A DNA stretch of 20,000 nt, from IMG/VR virus record IMGVR_UViG_3300047445_000292. One strand, written 5' to 3'. The position numbers and the translations under genes were made by a program. This DNA is from an uncultured virus (IMG/VR IMGVR_UViG_3300047445_000292). Taxonomy: Duplodnaviria > Heunggongvirae > Uroviricota > Caudoviricetes. The notes under the pieces are model-generated. The model was given only the letters and a program-made list of their open reading frames with translations, had not been told where the DNA came from and searched no databases. Positions 7,773-15,675 of this stretch are shown piece after piece. The number at the start of each line of letters is the position of its first letter. Position 1 is the stretch's first letter.

Positions 7773-8399
7773 GTGTCAGAAGAGAAGAGAGGTTACTACA
7801 CTTCACGCGCCGATGTGGTATCCGCGAGGGTCAACCCATGGGCCGGGGAGTTGGTACACACCATCAAGAAGGGCCGTAAAGTCACCGGCTTTTCCCGCAC
7901 CACCCGCCACTCGCTGGTCGACCACACCACCGGCGAGATTTCCGACGACATCGCCGTGCTCGGGGTGCAGAAGGTGGTCGACAAGGAAGAATTCATCAAG
8001 TTCTTCGGCGCCGGCATCATGGAAGTGTTCGAACTGACCAAACCGGCGAAAGACGTGTTCAAGGCAATCATGAACGTCTATCTGGAGCAGAAGAACAAGC
8101 CGGATCAGCTGTATTTCAACCACGAAATGGTGCGCCTGTACTTCGGCTTCGACAAGTCGCGCACCAGCTTCAACAACGGGATCAACGAACTGTGCGTGAA
8201 AGGCTTCATCGCCCCGGTCGAGGCCATGGACAGCCTGTATTGGGTCAACCCGAACCTGTTCTACAAGGGCGATCGCATCCGCATCGTGCATGAATACGTG
8301 CGCGCCGGGACCAAGGCGGCCAAGCAGGTGGAACTGGAGAACGCGAAGGCCAATCAAGGTGCTCTCGCGCTCGATGACCCCAACCGCGAAGACGAATAG
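7773..8399 (+). CDS. Plasmid-type replication/maintenance protein (RepL-like winged helix)
   Basis: DHTTGE motif, VDKEEFIKFF, NGINELCVKGFI and YWVNPNLFYKGDR; likely GTG start at 7773 with AAGGGG RBS. Confidence 0.75.
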   Translation: MSEEKRGYYTSRADVVSARVNPWAGELVHTIKKGRKVTGFSRTTRHSLVDHTTGEISDDIAVLGVQKVVDKEEFIKFFGAGIMEVFELTKPAKDVFKAIMNVYLEQKNKPDQLYFNHEMVRLYFGFDKSRTSFNNGINELCVKGFIAPVEAMDSLYWVNPNLFYKGDRIRIVHEYVRAGTKAAKQVELENAKANQGALALDDPNREDE

Positions 8400-8403
8400 C
8401 CGT

Positions 8404-8551
8404 AATCTGTCCCCGCCCGGTGTATCAGGGACAGATTCACGGTCAATGCCGGAATCTCTCCCTGATGGAGGCCCGTTTGCCCCCGTAGAACCGGGGCGTT
8501 CACGCGCCTAGCCGGAATTTCTCCCTGACTGACCATAAATCTGTCCCTGAT
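8404..8551. repeat. Five copies of AAT(C/T)T(G/C)TCCCTGA(T) downstream of rep
   Basis: Copies at 8404 (partial), 8424-8437 (inverted), 8453-8466, 8516-8529, 8538-8551. Confidence 0.85.
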
Positions 8552-8554
8552 TGA

Positions 8555-8968
8555 CTACACCACCGGCCCCAGCAACACCGCCAACGCCTGCGCACAGCGG
8601 GCCTGAAAGGCTTGCTCCCCCAACGCCTTGCGCAGCTCGCGCAGCAGCACCAGGTCGACGCTGTTGGCCTCCAGCCGTTCGGCCTTGTGCAGCCCGGCGA
8701 CGTGGCGCATCAGGCGCTGCTGGTCGCGGCGCAGATAACGTAGCTTGGCGGTTGCGCGGCTGTACCACTCGGAATCGGCAAACGTGCCCTCGACCGCGCT
8801 GCGGCGGCGCACCAGGTCGAGCTTGTTGCTCAGCTCGATGATCGTCGAATCCAACGACACGCGCAGCGTTTCGCATTCCGGCAGGGTGGCCGGCATGTCG
8901 ATCATGGGCGGGCGGTGGTTGAGGTGGGGCGCAGCAAGGGACGGAGCAGCGGCGGCGGGTGCGTTCAT
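8555..8968 (-). CDS. Hypothetical helical phage protein
   Basis: 137 aa ORF; D.EWY.RA..KLR helical hairpin; start uncertain. Confidence 0.7.
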   Translation of the reverse strand: MNAPAAAAPSLAAPHLNHRPPMIDMPATLPECETLRVSLDSTIIELSNKLDLVRRRSAVEGTFADSEWYSRATAKLRYLRRDQQRLMRHVAGLHKAERLEANSVDLVLLRELRKALGEQAFQARCAQALAVLLGPVV

Positions 8969-9024
8969 GTAAGGAGGCCTGACTTTTTATAGGATGGCCC
9001 CCTTGAGTTTAGGTCAGGTCGCGG

Positions 9025-9267
9025 TTATCGCGGTCCCTCGCGCTGCGGGCCGCCGGGTTTTGGCCCGGCCACGGACGCGGCGGTGATGCCGGGGCCGACA
9101 ATCTCGATGCGCCCTTCGTCAAACCACTGCACCGGCTCCAGCTTACCGTCCACTACCTTCGGCACCAGGTTGTATTGGTCGCAGCCGGTGAGGAACTGCG
9201 AGCGCCCGGTGATGATGCCGGTGAAGCCGGTGACCTTGTCTCTGCCTTCTTTGCCTAACTCGATCAT
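9025..9267 (-). CDS. Conserved small phage protein (SH3-like beta fold)
   Basis: IELG...RDKVTGFTG.ITGR..FLTGCDQY.L.P...WFDEGRI...PGGP pattern; AAGGA RBS. Confidence 0.8.
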   Translation of the reverse strand: MIELGKEGRDKVTGFTGIITGRSQFLTGCDQYNLVPKVVDGKLEPVQWFDEGRIEIVGPGITAASVAGPKPGGPQREGPR

Positions 9268-9292
9268 GGGTCGTTCCTTGGGTTGGGTGAAT

Positions 9293-9556
9293 TCAGGCCT
9301 TGAGCGCGTCCGGCATAGGTGGGCCGCCCAGCGCTTCCCAGCGCCCGGGGTGCGCGTCCTCGACGGCGGCGAACAGCGTGCGCGCTTCCATCACCGCTTC
9401 CTCGGCGGTGATGTAGCCGTGCTGACGCATGGTGCCCAGCGCCGCCAGGTGCAGGCCGATCACCATCGCGGCCGATGCCTCATTGCTGCCGGGGAGGAAG
9501 TTCAGGCCGCCGCGCAGGTTGGCCAAGGTCTGTTGTTTGAGGTCGTTGGGGCTCAT
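9293..9556 (-). CDS. Small helical protein, tandem-array member 9
   Basis: ALGTMRQHGYITAEEA...AAVEDAHPG; AAGGA RBS; 4 bp overlap. Confidence 0.75.
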   Translation of the reverse strand: MSPNDLKQQTLANLRGGLNFLPGSNEASAAMVIGLHLAALGTMRQHGYITAEEAVMEARTLFAAVEDAHPGRWEALGGPPMPDALKA

Positions 9557-9789
9557 TGCGGGGTGTCCTTGTTGTGTTTGCGGTACGCGGCGTGCACGAC
9601 ATCCAGCAGGGCTTCGTGCTCGGCCTCACGGATCAGCCCGAGGTCGCGCAGGGTGCGCACCGTCGCACGGCCGGCGGTGAGGATCTGCAACGCGCCGTCG
9701 TCGCTGGCCAGCGGCAGCAGCTGGTCGAGCAGGTGGTCGAGGTGTTCCAGCAGTGCGGTGTACACCGGGCCGCGGTCTTGGTCGGTCAT
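9553..9789 (-). CDS. Small helical protein, tandem-array member 8
   Basis: TVRTLRDLGLIREAEHEALLDVVHAAY; GAGGA RBS. Confidence 0.75.
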   Translation of the reverse strand: MTDQDRGPVYTALLEHLDHLLDQLLPLASDDGALQILTAGRATVRTLRDLGLIREAEHEALLDVVHAAYRKHNKDTPQ

Positions 9790-10157
9790 CAGTGGGGTTT
9801 CCTCAAACCGCGTTCGCGGAACTCGGCCAGCACCGTGCGGACGTTGCGCACCAGTTCGTCGCCTTGGCCGGGGTTGGCCAGCAGCGCGTCGAGTTCGGCA
9901 CTGCGCAGCGGCAGCCCGGCTTCCAGTTGCGCTGCGAGGCTCGGGTGGGCGTCGGTGAACACCTTCTTGACCAACAAGGTCCAGTCCTTGACCTCGGCGG
10001 TGTCGAGCAGGCCGTCGCCGTGCATCTTGGTCAGGCCGCGCACCAGGGTGTGCAGGAGGAACATCGCACCGTCCTCGGTGCTGCGCTCCAGCAGCCGCAG
10101 GCTGCCCTGCAGGCTGTCGATCAGCAGCCCTCTTTGTGCTTGTTCGTCGTCAGTCAT
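9789..10157 (-). CDS. Small helical protein, tandem-array member 7
   Basis: GLTKMHGDGLLDTAEVKDW...VFTDAHPS; AGGA RBS. Confidence 0.75.
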   Translation of the reverse strand: MTDDEQAQRGLLIDSLQGSLRLLERSTEDGAMFLLHTLVRGLTKMHGDGLLDTAEVKDWTLLVKKVFTDAHPSLAAQLEAGLPLRSAELDALLANPGQGDELVRNVRTVLAEFRERGLRKPH

Positions 10158-10390
10158 GGTGAGGTCCTGGTGAAGTCAATGGCGTCACTGCACGGGCGGT
10201 CGCACCGGGCGTAGGCGGCGTGCACCCGGGCCAGCAGCAGGTTGGCCTCGGCGGCGTCGATCAGCTGGCGGTCGCGCAGCAGCCGAACCTTTTTCAGGCA
10301 GCTGCCGAGCAGGGTCTGGTGCAGGCTCGGCGGCAACCCGGGAAAGGTGTCGAGCAGGTGGTGCAGGTGGTCGAGTAGCGCGGCCTTCAT
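10154..10390 (-). CDS. Small helical protein, tandem-array member 6
   Basis: ALLDHLHHLLD...KVRLLRDRQLIDAAEANLLLARVHAAY; close to member 8. Confidence 0.75.
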   Translation of the reverse strand: MKAALLDHLHHLLDTFPGLPPSLHQTLLGSCLKKVRLLRDRQLIDAAEANLLLARVHAAYARCDRPCSDAIDFTRTSP

Positions 10391-10779
10391 GGCACCACGG
10401 GTGCGTACACCGCGTAGTGCCCGAGCACGTCGCCTTTCATGGCGTCGGCGGTTTCGGCGTCGACGTACTGCAATTCCAGCAGGCGATCCACGCAGTGCCA
10501 GCAGATCACCAGGTTGCGCAAGGCACGGGCCGGGTCGCTGGCGTGGCGAAACACCAGCGGCAGATCGGCCAGCCGCGCTTTCAGTCCGACCAGGTACTCG
10601 GCGCGTTCCTCGGGCGTGGCGTGCTCGGCGTTGGCCGGGACCATCATGTTCACCGACTTGGCGGCGTCGATGAATACCGCCTGCAACTCGGCGTCCATCG
10701 GCCGGGCCTCAAAGCGCGCCTGCAGGGCGTTGAGGATGGCGTCGGTGTTGCGGGTGATGATGTCTTCGATGGGGGTCAT
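10387..10779 (-). CDS. Small helical protein, tandem-array member 5
   Basis: ATG at 10779 with AAGGAGG RBS; CVDRLLELQYVDAETADAMKGDVLGHY. Confidence 0.75.
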   Translation of the reverse strand: MTPIEDIITRNTDAILNALQARFEARPMDAELQAVFIDAAKSVNMMVPANAEHATPEERAEYLVGLKARLADLPLVFRHASDPARALRNLVICWHCVDRLLELQYVDAETADAMKGDVLGHYAVYAPVVP

Positions 10780-11096
10780 GGCGCCTCCTTGCGGCTGGCC
10801 GGGTCGTAGTCGACGTGGCCGGTGCAATGCACGCCCTCCGGCGCCAAGGTATTGAGCAGCACCTGCTGCATCAGTTCGTCGATCTGCCCGCTGACGGCGA
10901 TGCGCAATTCATCCTCCAGCAGCTGCGCCACCTCCATCGGCCAGGCTTCGACCTCGGCCATCGCCAGCAGGTAGCCCTGCGCGAGAAAGCGCCGGTTGCT
11001 CGCCGCTTCCACTGTGGGGGCGAGGGTGACGAAGCGGATCTGCTGCCGCGCCATGGCGTGAAAGCGGGCGCGTTCGTGCTCGGTGAATTCAGGCAT
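10776..11096 (-). CDS. Small helical protein, tandem-array member 4 (most divergent)
   Basis: ATG at 11096 with GGAG RBS; AQGYLLAMAEVEAWPMEVAQLLEDEL. Confidence 0.7.
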   Translation of the reverse strand: MPEFTEHERARFHAMARQQIRFVTLAPTVEAASNRRFLAQGYLLAMAEVEAWPMEVAQLLEDELRIAVSGQIDELMQQVLLNTLAPEGVHCTGHVDYDPASRKEAP

Positions 11097-11406
11097 GGCT
11101 GATGTTCTCCACATGCATGCGCAGGGTCGCCACCAGGCCGCGCACCGAGGCGGTGTCAAAACGGCCGTCGAGGTAGGTGTCGAGGATGCCGGCCAGCAGC
11201 AGGTCGAGCATCTGCCGGGCCTTGTCAGCGTCGTCGGGGATGATCACGTCGAGCTGCACCAGCACGTCGAGGCGGCCCTTGAGCTGGGCGGCGTCGACGA
11301 TGGCCAGCAACGGGTCGCGCTGGTCACAGAAGGCATTGAAGCGCGAGCCAAAGGCGGCCAGCGCGGCAAACTTCGTGGTGTCGAGGTCCTTGGTGTGCTC
11401 AGGCAT
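11089..11406 (-). CDS. Small helical protein, tandem-array member 3
   Basis: GGAGG RBS; LKGRLDVLVQLDVIIPDDADKARQML. Confidence 0.75.
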   Translation of the reverse strand: MPEHTKDLDTTKFAALAAFGSRFNAFCDQRDPLLAIVDAAQLKGRLDVLVQLDVIIPDDADKARQMLDLLLAGILDTYLDGRFDTASVRGLVATLRMHVENISHA

Positions 11407-11743
11407 CGGGGGCCGCCTCCGGTTTGGTCAGGATGCGCGGCAGCAGCTCGGGGCGCAGGCCGGCGTACATGGTCACCACCTCGCCGACGATGTCCTTGGC
11501 CTGGTTGTCGGTCAGCAGCTCCAGGTCCAGCAGCTGGCGCAGGCGCTCACAGACCAGGTGGTAGAGGAATTCCCCGGCGTCCGGGTTGAGTTGGGGCAGG
11601 TCGATCAGGGCGCGGGCGTTCTGGCTCAGCAGCAGCTCGCGGTAGTCCAGGCGGCCTTGCGCGGTGTCGAGGTCGGGGCGGCCCAGCGAAAAAATCAGCG
11701 CGTCGAGGTCGGCGGCGAGCAGGGCGTGGTGATTAGTGGGCAT
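11399..11743 (-). CDS. Small helical protein, tandem-array member 2
   Basis: ATG at 11743 with GGAG RBS; RPDL.......DYR and RLRQLLDLELLTDNQAKDIVGEVVTMY. Confidence 0.75.
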   Translation of the reverse strand: MPTNHHALLAADLDALIFSLGRPDLDTAQGRLDYRELLLSQNARALIDLPQLNPDAGEFLYHLVCERLRQLLDLELLTDNQAKDIVGEVVTMYAGLRPELLPRILTKPEAAPDA

Positions 11744-12047
11744 GGTTGACGCTCTCCAGCAGTCCGGGGTGTTCGCGCTCGTAGGCGCGGGTGAGGTCGG
11801 CGAAGCCGAGCTGGATACGGGCGTCATCGAGCAGGCCGATGGCGTGCAGTGCCCACAGGTGCGTGACGATCCGGCTGTGCAGGTGCAGGGCGTTGTCCGG
11901 TGAGCGCAGGTGCAGCAGCTGCAACTGGCGGACGATGGCGATGAGCACGCCGCTACGGTAGTCGGCGGCGCTCAGTTCGTCGGTCAGGTCAGGGCGGGGC
12001 AACAGGTTGACGGCTTCGTCGAGGGTGATGACGGTGGCGCTGGGCAT
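11733..12047 (-). CDS. Small helical protein, tandem-array member 1
   Basis: ATG at 12047 with AAGGAG RBS; RPDL.......DYR and HLWALHAIGLLDDARIQLGFADLTRAYEREHPG. Confidence 0.75.
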   Translation of the reverse strand: MPSATVITLDEAVNLLPRPDLTDELSAADYRSGVLIAIVRQLQLLHLRSPDNALHLHSRIVTHLWALHAIGLLDDARIQLGFADLTRAYEREHPGLLESVNHAH

Positions 12048-12321
12048 GGCAGTGCGCTCCTTGCGGACGGTGTCACGGAATAGGTGGGGGCCTGTGTCAG
12101 CGGTGAGGGAACCGACACGGCCGCCCGGGACGTACCTGCCTGGGGGTCGACCAGGCGAACGGCAGCGTCGGCGCACGGTAGCACGCGGCTTGTGGGCTGG
12201 GGAATAGGGGGCTTGCGAGGAAAAAGGGTGAGCCCCGGCCGTCCCGGAAAAGCCGGCGGGGCTCTGCGGGTCAGCGATCTGCCAATGCACTGGCCCGTTA
12301 CGGGTACGGTAGCACGGGGGT

Positions 12322-12365
12322 GAGCCCTCGGCCAAGGAACATGGGGATGGCTGGGCCGAGGGCTC
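12322..12365. repeat. Perfect 12 bp inverted repeat GAGCCCTCGGCC / GGCCGAGGGCTC
   Basis: Arms at 12322-12333 and 12354-12365. Confidence 0.85.
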
Positions 12366-12801
12366 GGGGGTGGCGCCCCACCGTGTGGCATCGGGGTACT
12401 GCGGGCGCGGCGTAACCCTAGCACGCGGGTGGGGGGCTCGCCAGTGAGGGGGGCACCGGCGTCTCGGGGGCGGTTTCGGGGTGTTTTAGTGGGTCAGTAT
12501 GGGTAACCATGAGTTTGAGGGTGGTGTGGGAGTTGGCACGGTATTTTCCGGTGAGATTGGCCTTCTTATGCGATTTGTACACTGTACCGCTGGGATTTTA
12601 GGGCGGCTGGATATGGAGAGGGGGTCTAAGGTTCGGCCTGGCTCACCACTCGTCGGAAAAAAGTGTGGGGTGGGTCTTATTGGTACGCTATTCGCATGCA
12701 CAAAGGTTGTGCCATGTGCTGGTTATATGCTTGGTCTTTGTTGTCATAAAGCTTATGCGAAAAGATCATAGCAAAAAACGTGTGCCACTATGGGGTTGGT
12801 C

Positions 12802-12834
12802 TATACTTTAGATGTAGCACCTGTTCTTTAAAAA
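12802..12834 (+). promoter_or_regulatory. -10 box TATACT followed by boxA-like TGTTCTTTAAAAA
   Basis: TATACT at 12802-12807 (no good -35); TGTTCTTTAAAAA at 12822-12834 resembles rrn/phage boxA (TGCTCTTTAACA). Confidence 0.6.
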
Positions 12835-12995
12835 AGCCTAGCTAGTCGAGTCGCCCCCGTAGGGGGGCGCGCCAAGTGAACCTTGCAAAAGGTACAGCGG
12901 ACAAACTCGCCTAGTGAAATTAGCGCGACGGTGTCGCGCTTGTGGATGTCGAGGCGTTCGCCTTTGCCCACTACCCCGGACACGGAGTTCATGCC

Positions 12996-13133
12996 ATGCG
13001 TTCTGTTATCGCTTCTGTAGTCGTGCTGTTAATCACCGCCATGCTGGCCGTAGAGGTTGGCGGGCTTGTGGGTGCGCGTATCAGTGCGCTAACTGACGCC
13101 GTGTCCCTTTCTTCACGGAGTGCCTCAAGATGA
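12996..13133 (+). CDS. Small single-pass membrane protein (45 aa)
   Basis: GGAG RBS; VIASVVVLLITAMLAVEVGGLVG hydrophobic; ATGA overlap with next gene. Confidence 0.6.
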   Translation: MRSVIASVVVLLITAMLAVEVGGLVGARISALTDAVSLSSRSASR

Positions 13134-13855
13134 AAGCTCAAACCCCTAGCTACTTTGACGCCGGTCTGGTAGCGCGTGCCACCGAACGCGCTGCTACTGA
13201 CGCCGTGTATAGCGCGTTGCTGGATCAAGCTGTTACCGCCGGTAAAGTCGCGGGCGCGGCAGTCAACAACACCGACGCTAGCGCCTACTGGAAAGCCTTG
13301 GGCGATTCGCTGGCGCGTCACGGCGTGGCCATGCTGGCGCACCCTGACGACGTGCCTAGCGCTAAAGAGTTGCGCGACTTGTGCGCGCTGGTCAATTCCG
13401 GGATCAAGGCCGCGCAATCGGCGGCCAAAACCCACGCGCTGAAAACCTTTGCCGCCGCGCAAATGGCCGACCGCGCCAAAAAAGCGCGTGACCGGATTGT
13501 CAAAGCGCTGACCCGTGCGCTGACCCCCTACGGCCTGAAAATCAATTTCCAGACCGCGAAAGTCGAGGCACTTGCCGCCGTAGTCGAATCGGACGTTGCG
13601 GACAAATCCGCCGATACGGCAAAGGCCGCCGTGACCGCTGGCACTACGGCCAACCTTGACGCCTTCCTAGACGGGTTGTGCGCGCTGGACCCTGCTACGC
13701 AAAAGCAGATTCTGGACCGCGTCGGCGCCTCCTATAAAAAGTGGCAGTCAGAAGAGGCCACCAAAAAAGTCGAGGCCGACAAAGCGGCGGCGGCGGCCTT
13801 GCAGAAAAAGCTGGACGACGAAAAATCGCGCAAAGACCAGCGCGAATCGGCCTAA
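13130..13855 (+). CDS. Ala/Lys-rich helical hypothetical protein
   Basis: 241 aa ORF with GGAG RBS. Confidence 0.8.
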   Translation: MKAQTPSYFDAGLVARATERAATDAVYSALLDQAVTAGKVAGAAVNNTDASAYWKALGDSLARHGVAMLAHPDDVPSAKELRDLCALVNSGIKAAQSAAKTHALKTFAAAQMADRAKKARDRIVKALTRALTPYGLKINFQTAKVEALAAVVESDVADKSADTAKAAVTAGTTANLDAFLDGLCALDPATQKQILDRVGASYKKWQSEEATKKVEADKAAAAALQKKLDDEKSRKDQRESA

Positions 13856-13974
13856 CCCCCACCGGGCGCCCCGCTGGGGCGCCCCCTACCCGCCACGACG
13901 CCCACGCGGCCCCCGCGTGAGGCGTTCGTGTGCCCGTCACATTTGTGCGCGACACGGTCGCGCTAGGGGCTCCC

Positions 13975-14313
13975 ATGGCTTTCGACGACAGCACCGGCGG
14001 CGCAGACCGCCTGCACTACCGCAACAACGCCGGCCAGTACGGCAACGACTGGGGCGACCATAGCGCGAAAAGTTTGTTTGGCGCCCTGTACACCGAGCAC
14101 GAACGCGCCGGGGTCGATTCCGAAAAACGGGCCGAGTACCTGGCCCGCCGCGCCAAGATCGCGGCCGACGCGACCCGGCGCCGTTCGGCCCCGGTCGAGG
14201 CGAAAATTCAGGCGGATCGGATCGCCCAGTCGAAAACCGTTATGGGCGCGGCGATGCGCGCTGCCCTGGACAAGCGCGATCGCAAGAACGGGAAGGAAAA
14301 GCCCGCGAAATAA
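13975..14313 (+). CDS. Basic hypothetical protein
   Basis: ATG at 13975 after AGGGG; Arg/Lys-rich C-terminus. Confidence 0.65.
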   Translation: MAFDDSTGGADRLHYRNNAGQYGNDWGDHSAKSLFGALYTEHERAGVDSEKRAEYLARRAKIAADATRRRSAPVEAKIQADRIAQSKTVMGAAMRAALDKRDRKNGKEKPAK

Positions 14314-14364
14314 GGGGCCACAAAGACCATCCGCCAGTTGGCCCAAAAATCCGGTCGGTACTGC

Positions 14365-14401
14365 GTACCATTTTACGGAGATTAACGGCTTAAAATGGTA
14401 C
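14365..14401. promoter_or_regulatory. res-like resolvase binding site (11 bp inverted repeat)
   Basis: GTACCATTTTA (14365-14375) - 15 bp - TAAAATGGTAC (14391-14401), just upstream of the resolvase. Confidence 0.65.
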
Positions 14402-14441
14402 ATGCTCTATTGGCACATCTAATTGGTACAAAGGAGGCTCT

Positions 14442-15110
14442 ATGAGCGTTTTGACCGACAAACCACCCCTGCTGCCCATGGTTCGCGCCTACCTTCGCGC
14501 TTCGACCGATACACAGGACGCCATGCGCGCAAAAGGCGCGCTGCTTGCATTCGCCGAGTCCCACGGCCAGCGGATTGCTGCTTTTTACCCAGAGAACGAA
14601 ACCGGGACCAAACTCAACCGCCCGGAGTTGTTCCGCCTGCTCGATGACTCGCAGCCCGGCGACGTGCTGCTGTGCGAACAGATCGACCGGCTCAGCAGGT
14701 TGAACAAGGATGACTGGGAAACCTTGCGCGGGATCATCAAGGCCAAGGGGCTGCACATCGTGTCGCTCGATCTGCCGACTTCGCACCCGCTGATGTCGCC
14801 GCAGGGGGAACATTCGTTCACCGGCTGGATGCTCTCGGCGATGAACGAGCTGCTGCTGGACATGCTCGCGGCGATTGCGCGCAAGGACTATGAGGACAGG
14901 GTGCGCCGCTCCCGCGAAGGCATCGCGAAAGCCCAACTGATTCCCGGCAAGTACACCGGGCGCAAGGCGGACGACGCCCTGCACGCCAGGGTGAAAGCGT
15001 GCCTGGCCGCAGGGATGGCCATTCGCAAAGTGGCGACGGTGTGCGACTGCTCGAAAACCACCGTACAGAAAATCAAGGCGGCCACGGACAAGGCGCTGGA
15101 GCCCGCCTGA
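14442..15110 (+). CDS. Serine recombinase, resolvase/invertase family with C-terminal HTH
   Basis: RAYLRASTDTQD catalytic motif, ETG.KLNRPEL, GDVLLCEQIDRLSR, R..EGI.KA...GKY.GRK and C-terminal HTH; AAGGAGG RBS. Confidence 0.96.
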   Translation: MSVLTDKPPLLPMVRAYLRASTDTQDAMRAKGALLAFAESHGQRIAAFYPENETGTKLNRPELFRLLDDSQPGDVLLCEQIDRLSRLNKDDWETLRGIIKAKGLHIVSLDLPTSHPLMSPQGEHSFTGWMLSAMNELLLDMLAAIARKDYEDRVRRSREGIAKAQLIPGKYTGRKADDALHARVKACLAAGMAIRKVATVCDCSKTTVQKIKAATDKALEPA

Positions 15111-15117
15111 CCAACTA

Positions 15118-15186
15118 TGAAGGGATCATTTGCCCTTTTCCTCGGGGGTCCAAGACCCCCCAGCCTTTGAAGGGATCAATCTGTCC
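15118..15186. repeat. Direct repeat TGAAGGGATCA x2 flanking a GC hairpin
   Basis: 15118-15128 and 15168-15178; hairpin GGGGGTC-CAA-GACCCCC at 15144-15160. Confidence 0.75.
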
Positions 15187-15337
15187 ATTTTTGAAGCCGG
15201 CAGGCCGGGGGTACCTGCCGGGGGCCTGTTATGTATTAAAGAAATAATTTTTTATTTTTATATAAGACAGTAAGGGCATCATCTTTTTTGTGGAATCATT
15301 CTCAATAAAAAAAGTTGACTTGGAAATCAACAAAAAT

Positions 15338-15377
15338 CTAGTTGACTAGTTTGAAACCCAAACTAGATGACTAGTTT
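15338..15377. repeat. Operator-like repeat CTAG(T/A)TGACTAGTTT x2
   Basis: 15338-15352 and 15363-15377, one mismatch, in an AT-rich island. Confidence 0.8.
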
Positions 15378-15675
15378 CTTACCTCAAATTCCGCCCCCCT
15401 CAAATCGAAAAAACCGACTTTTCCCTTTAAATTCAACGAGTAGCCGTCAGGTATGAAGTAGCAACCACCCCCCAAAAGTATGGCTAGCGAAATGCCGAGG
15501 GTATGGCCAAATCGACTTTCCAGAAATTGCAAGCGGAACCGTACTCATACACGAACTATTTTCGCCTCTCGGTTCCTCCCCGAAGCCATTTACCGCTACT
15601 CGGGCCATCCTCGCTGTTTTGCCCCGCCGTTGCCTCATTTTCCAAGCAACCGCCTATGAAGGCGACAACCCCCAC

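Noticed and set aside
8404..8551. Repeats downstream of rep as a mini-CRISPR
   Set aside because: Only 14 bp, mixed orientation and irregular spacing.
12048..12335. N-terminal extension of ORF 11733-12335
   Set aside because: Pro/Arg-rich low-quality translation; a strong AAGGAG RBS precedes the ATG at 12047.
14340..15200. Resolvase as part of a Tn3-family transposon or invertible segment
   Set aside because: No transposase, no 38 bp terminal repeats and no second inverted recombination site seen in the window.
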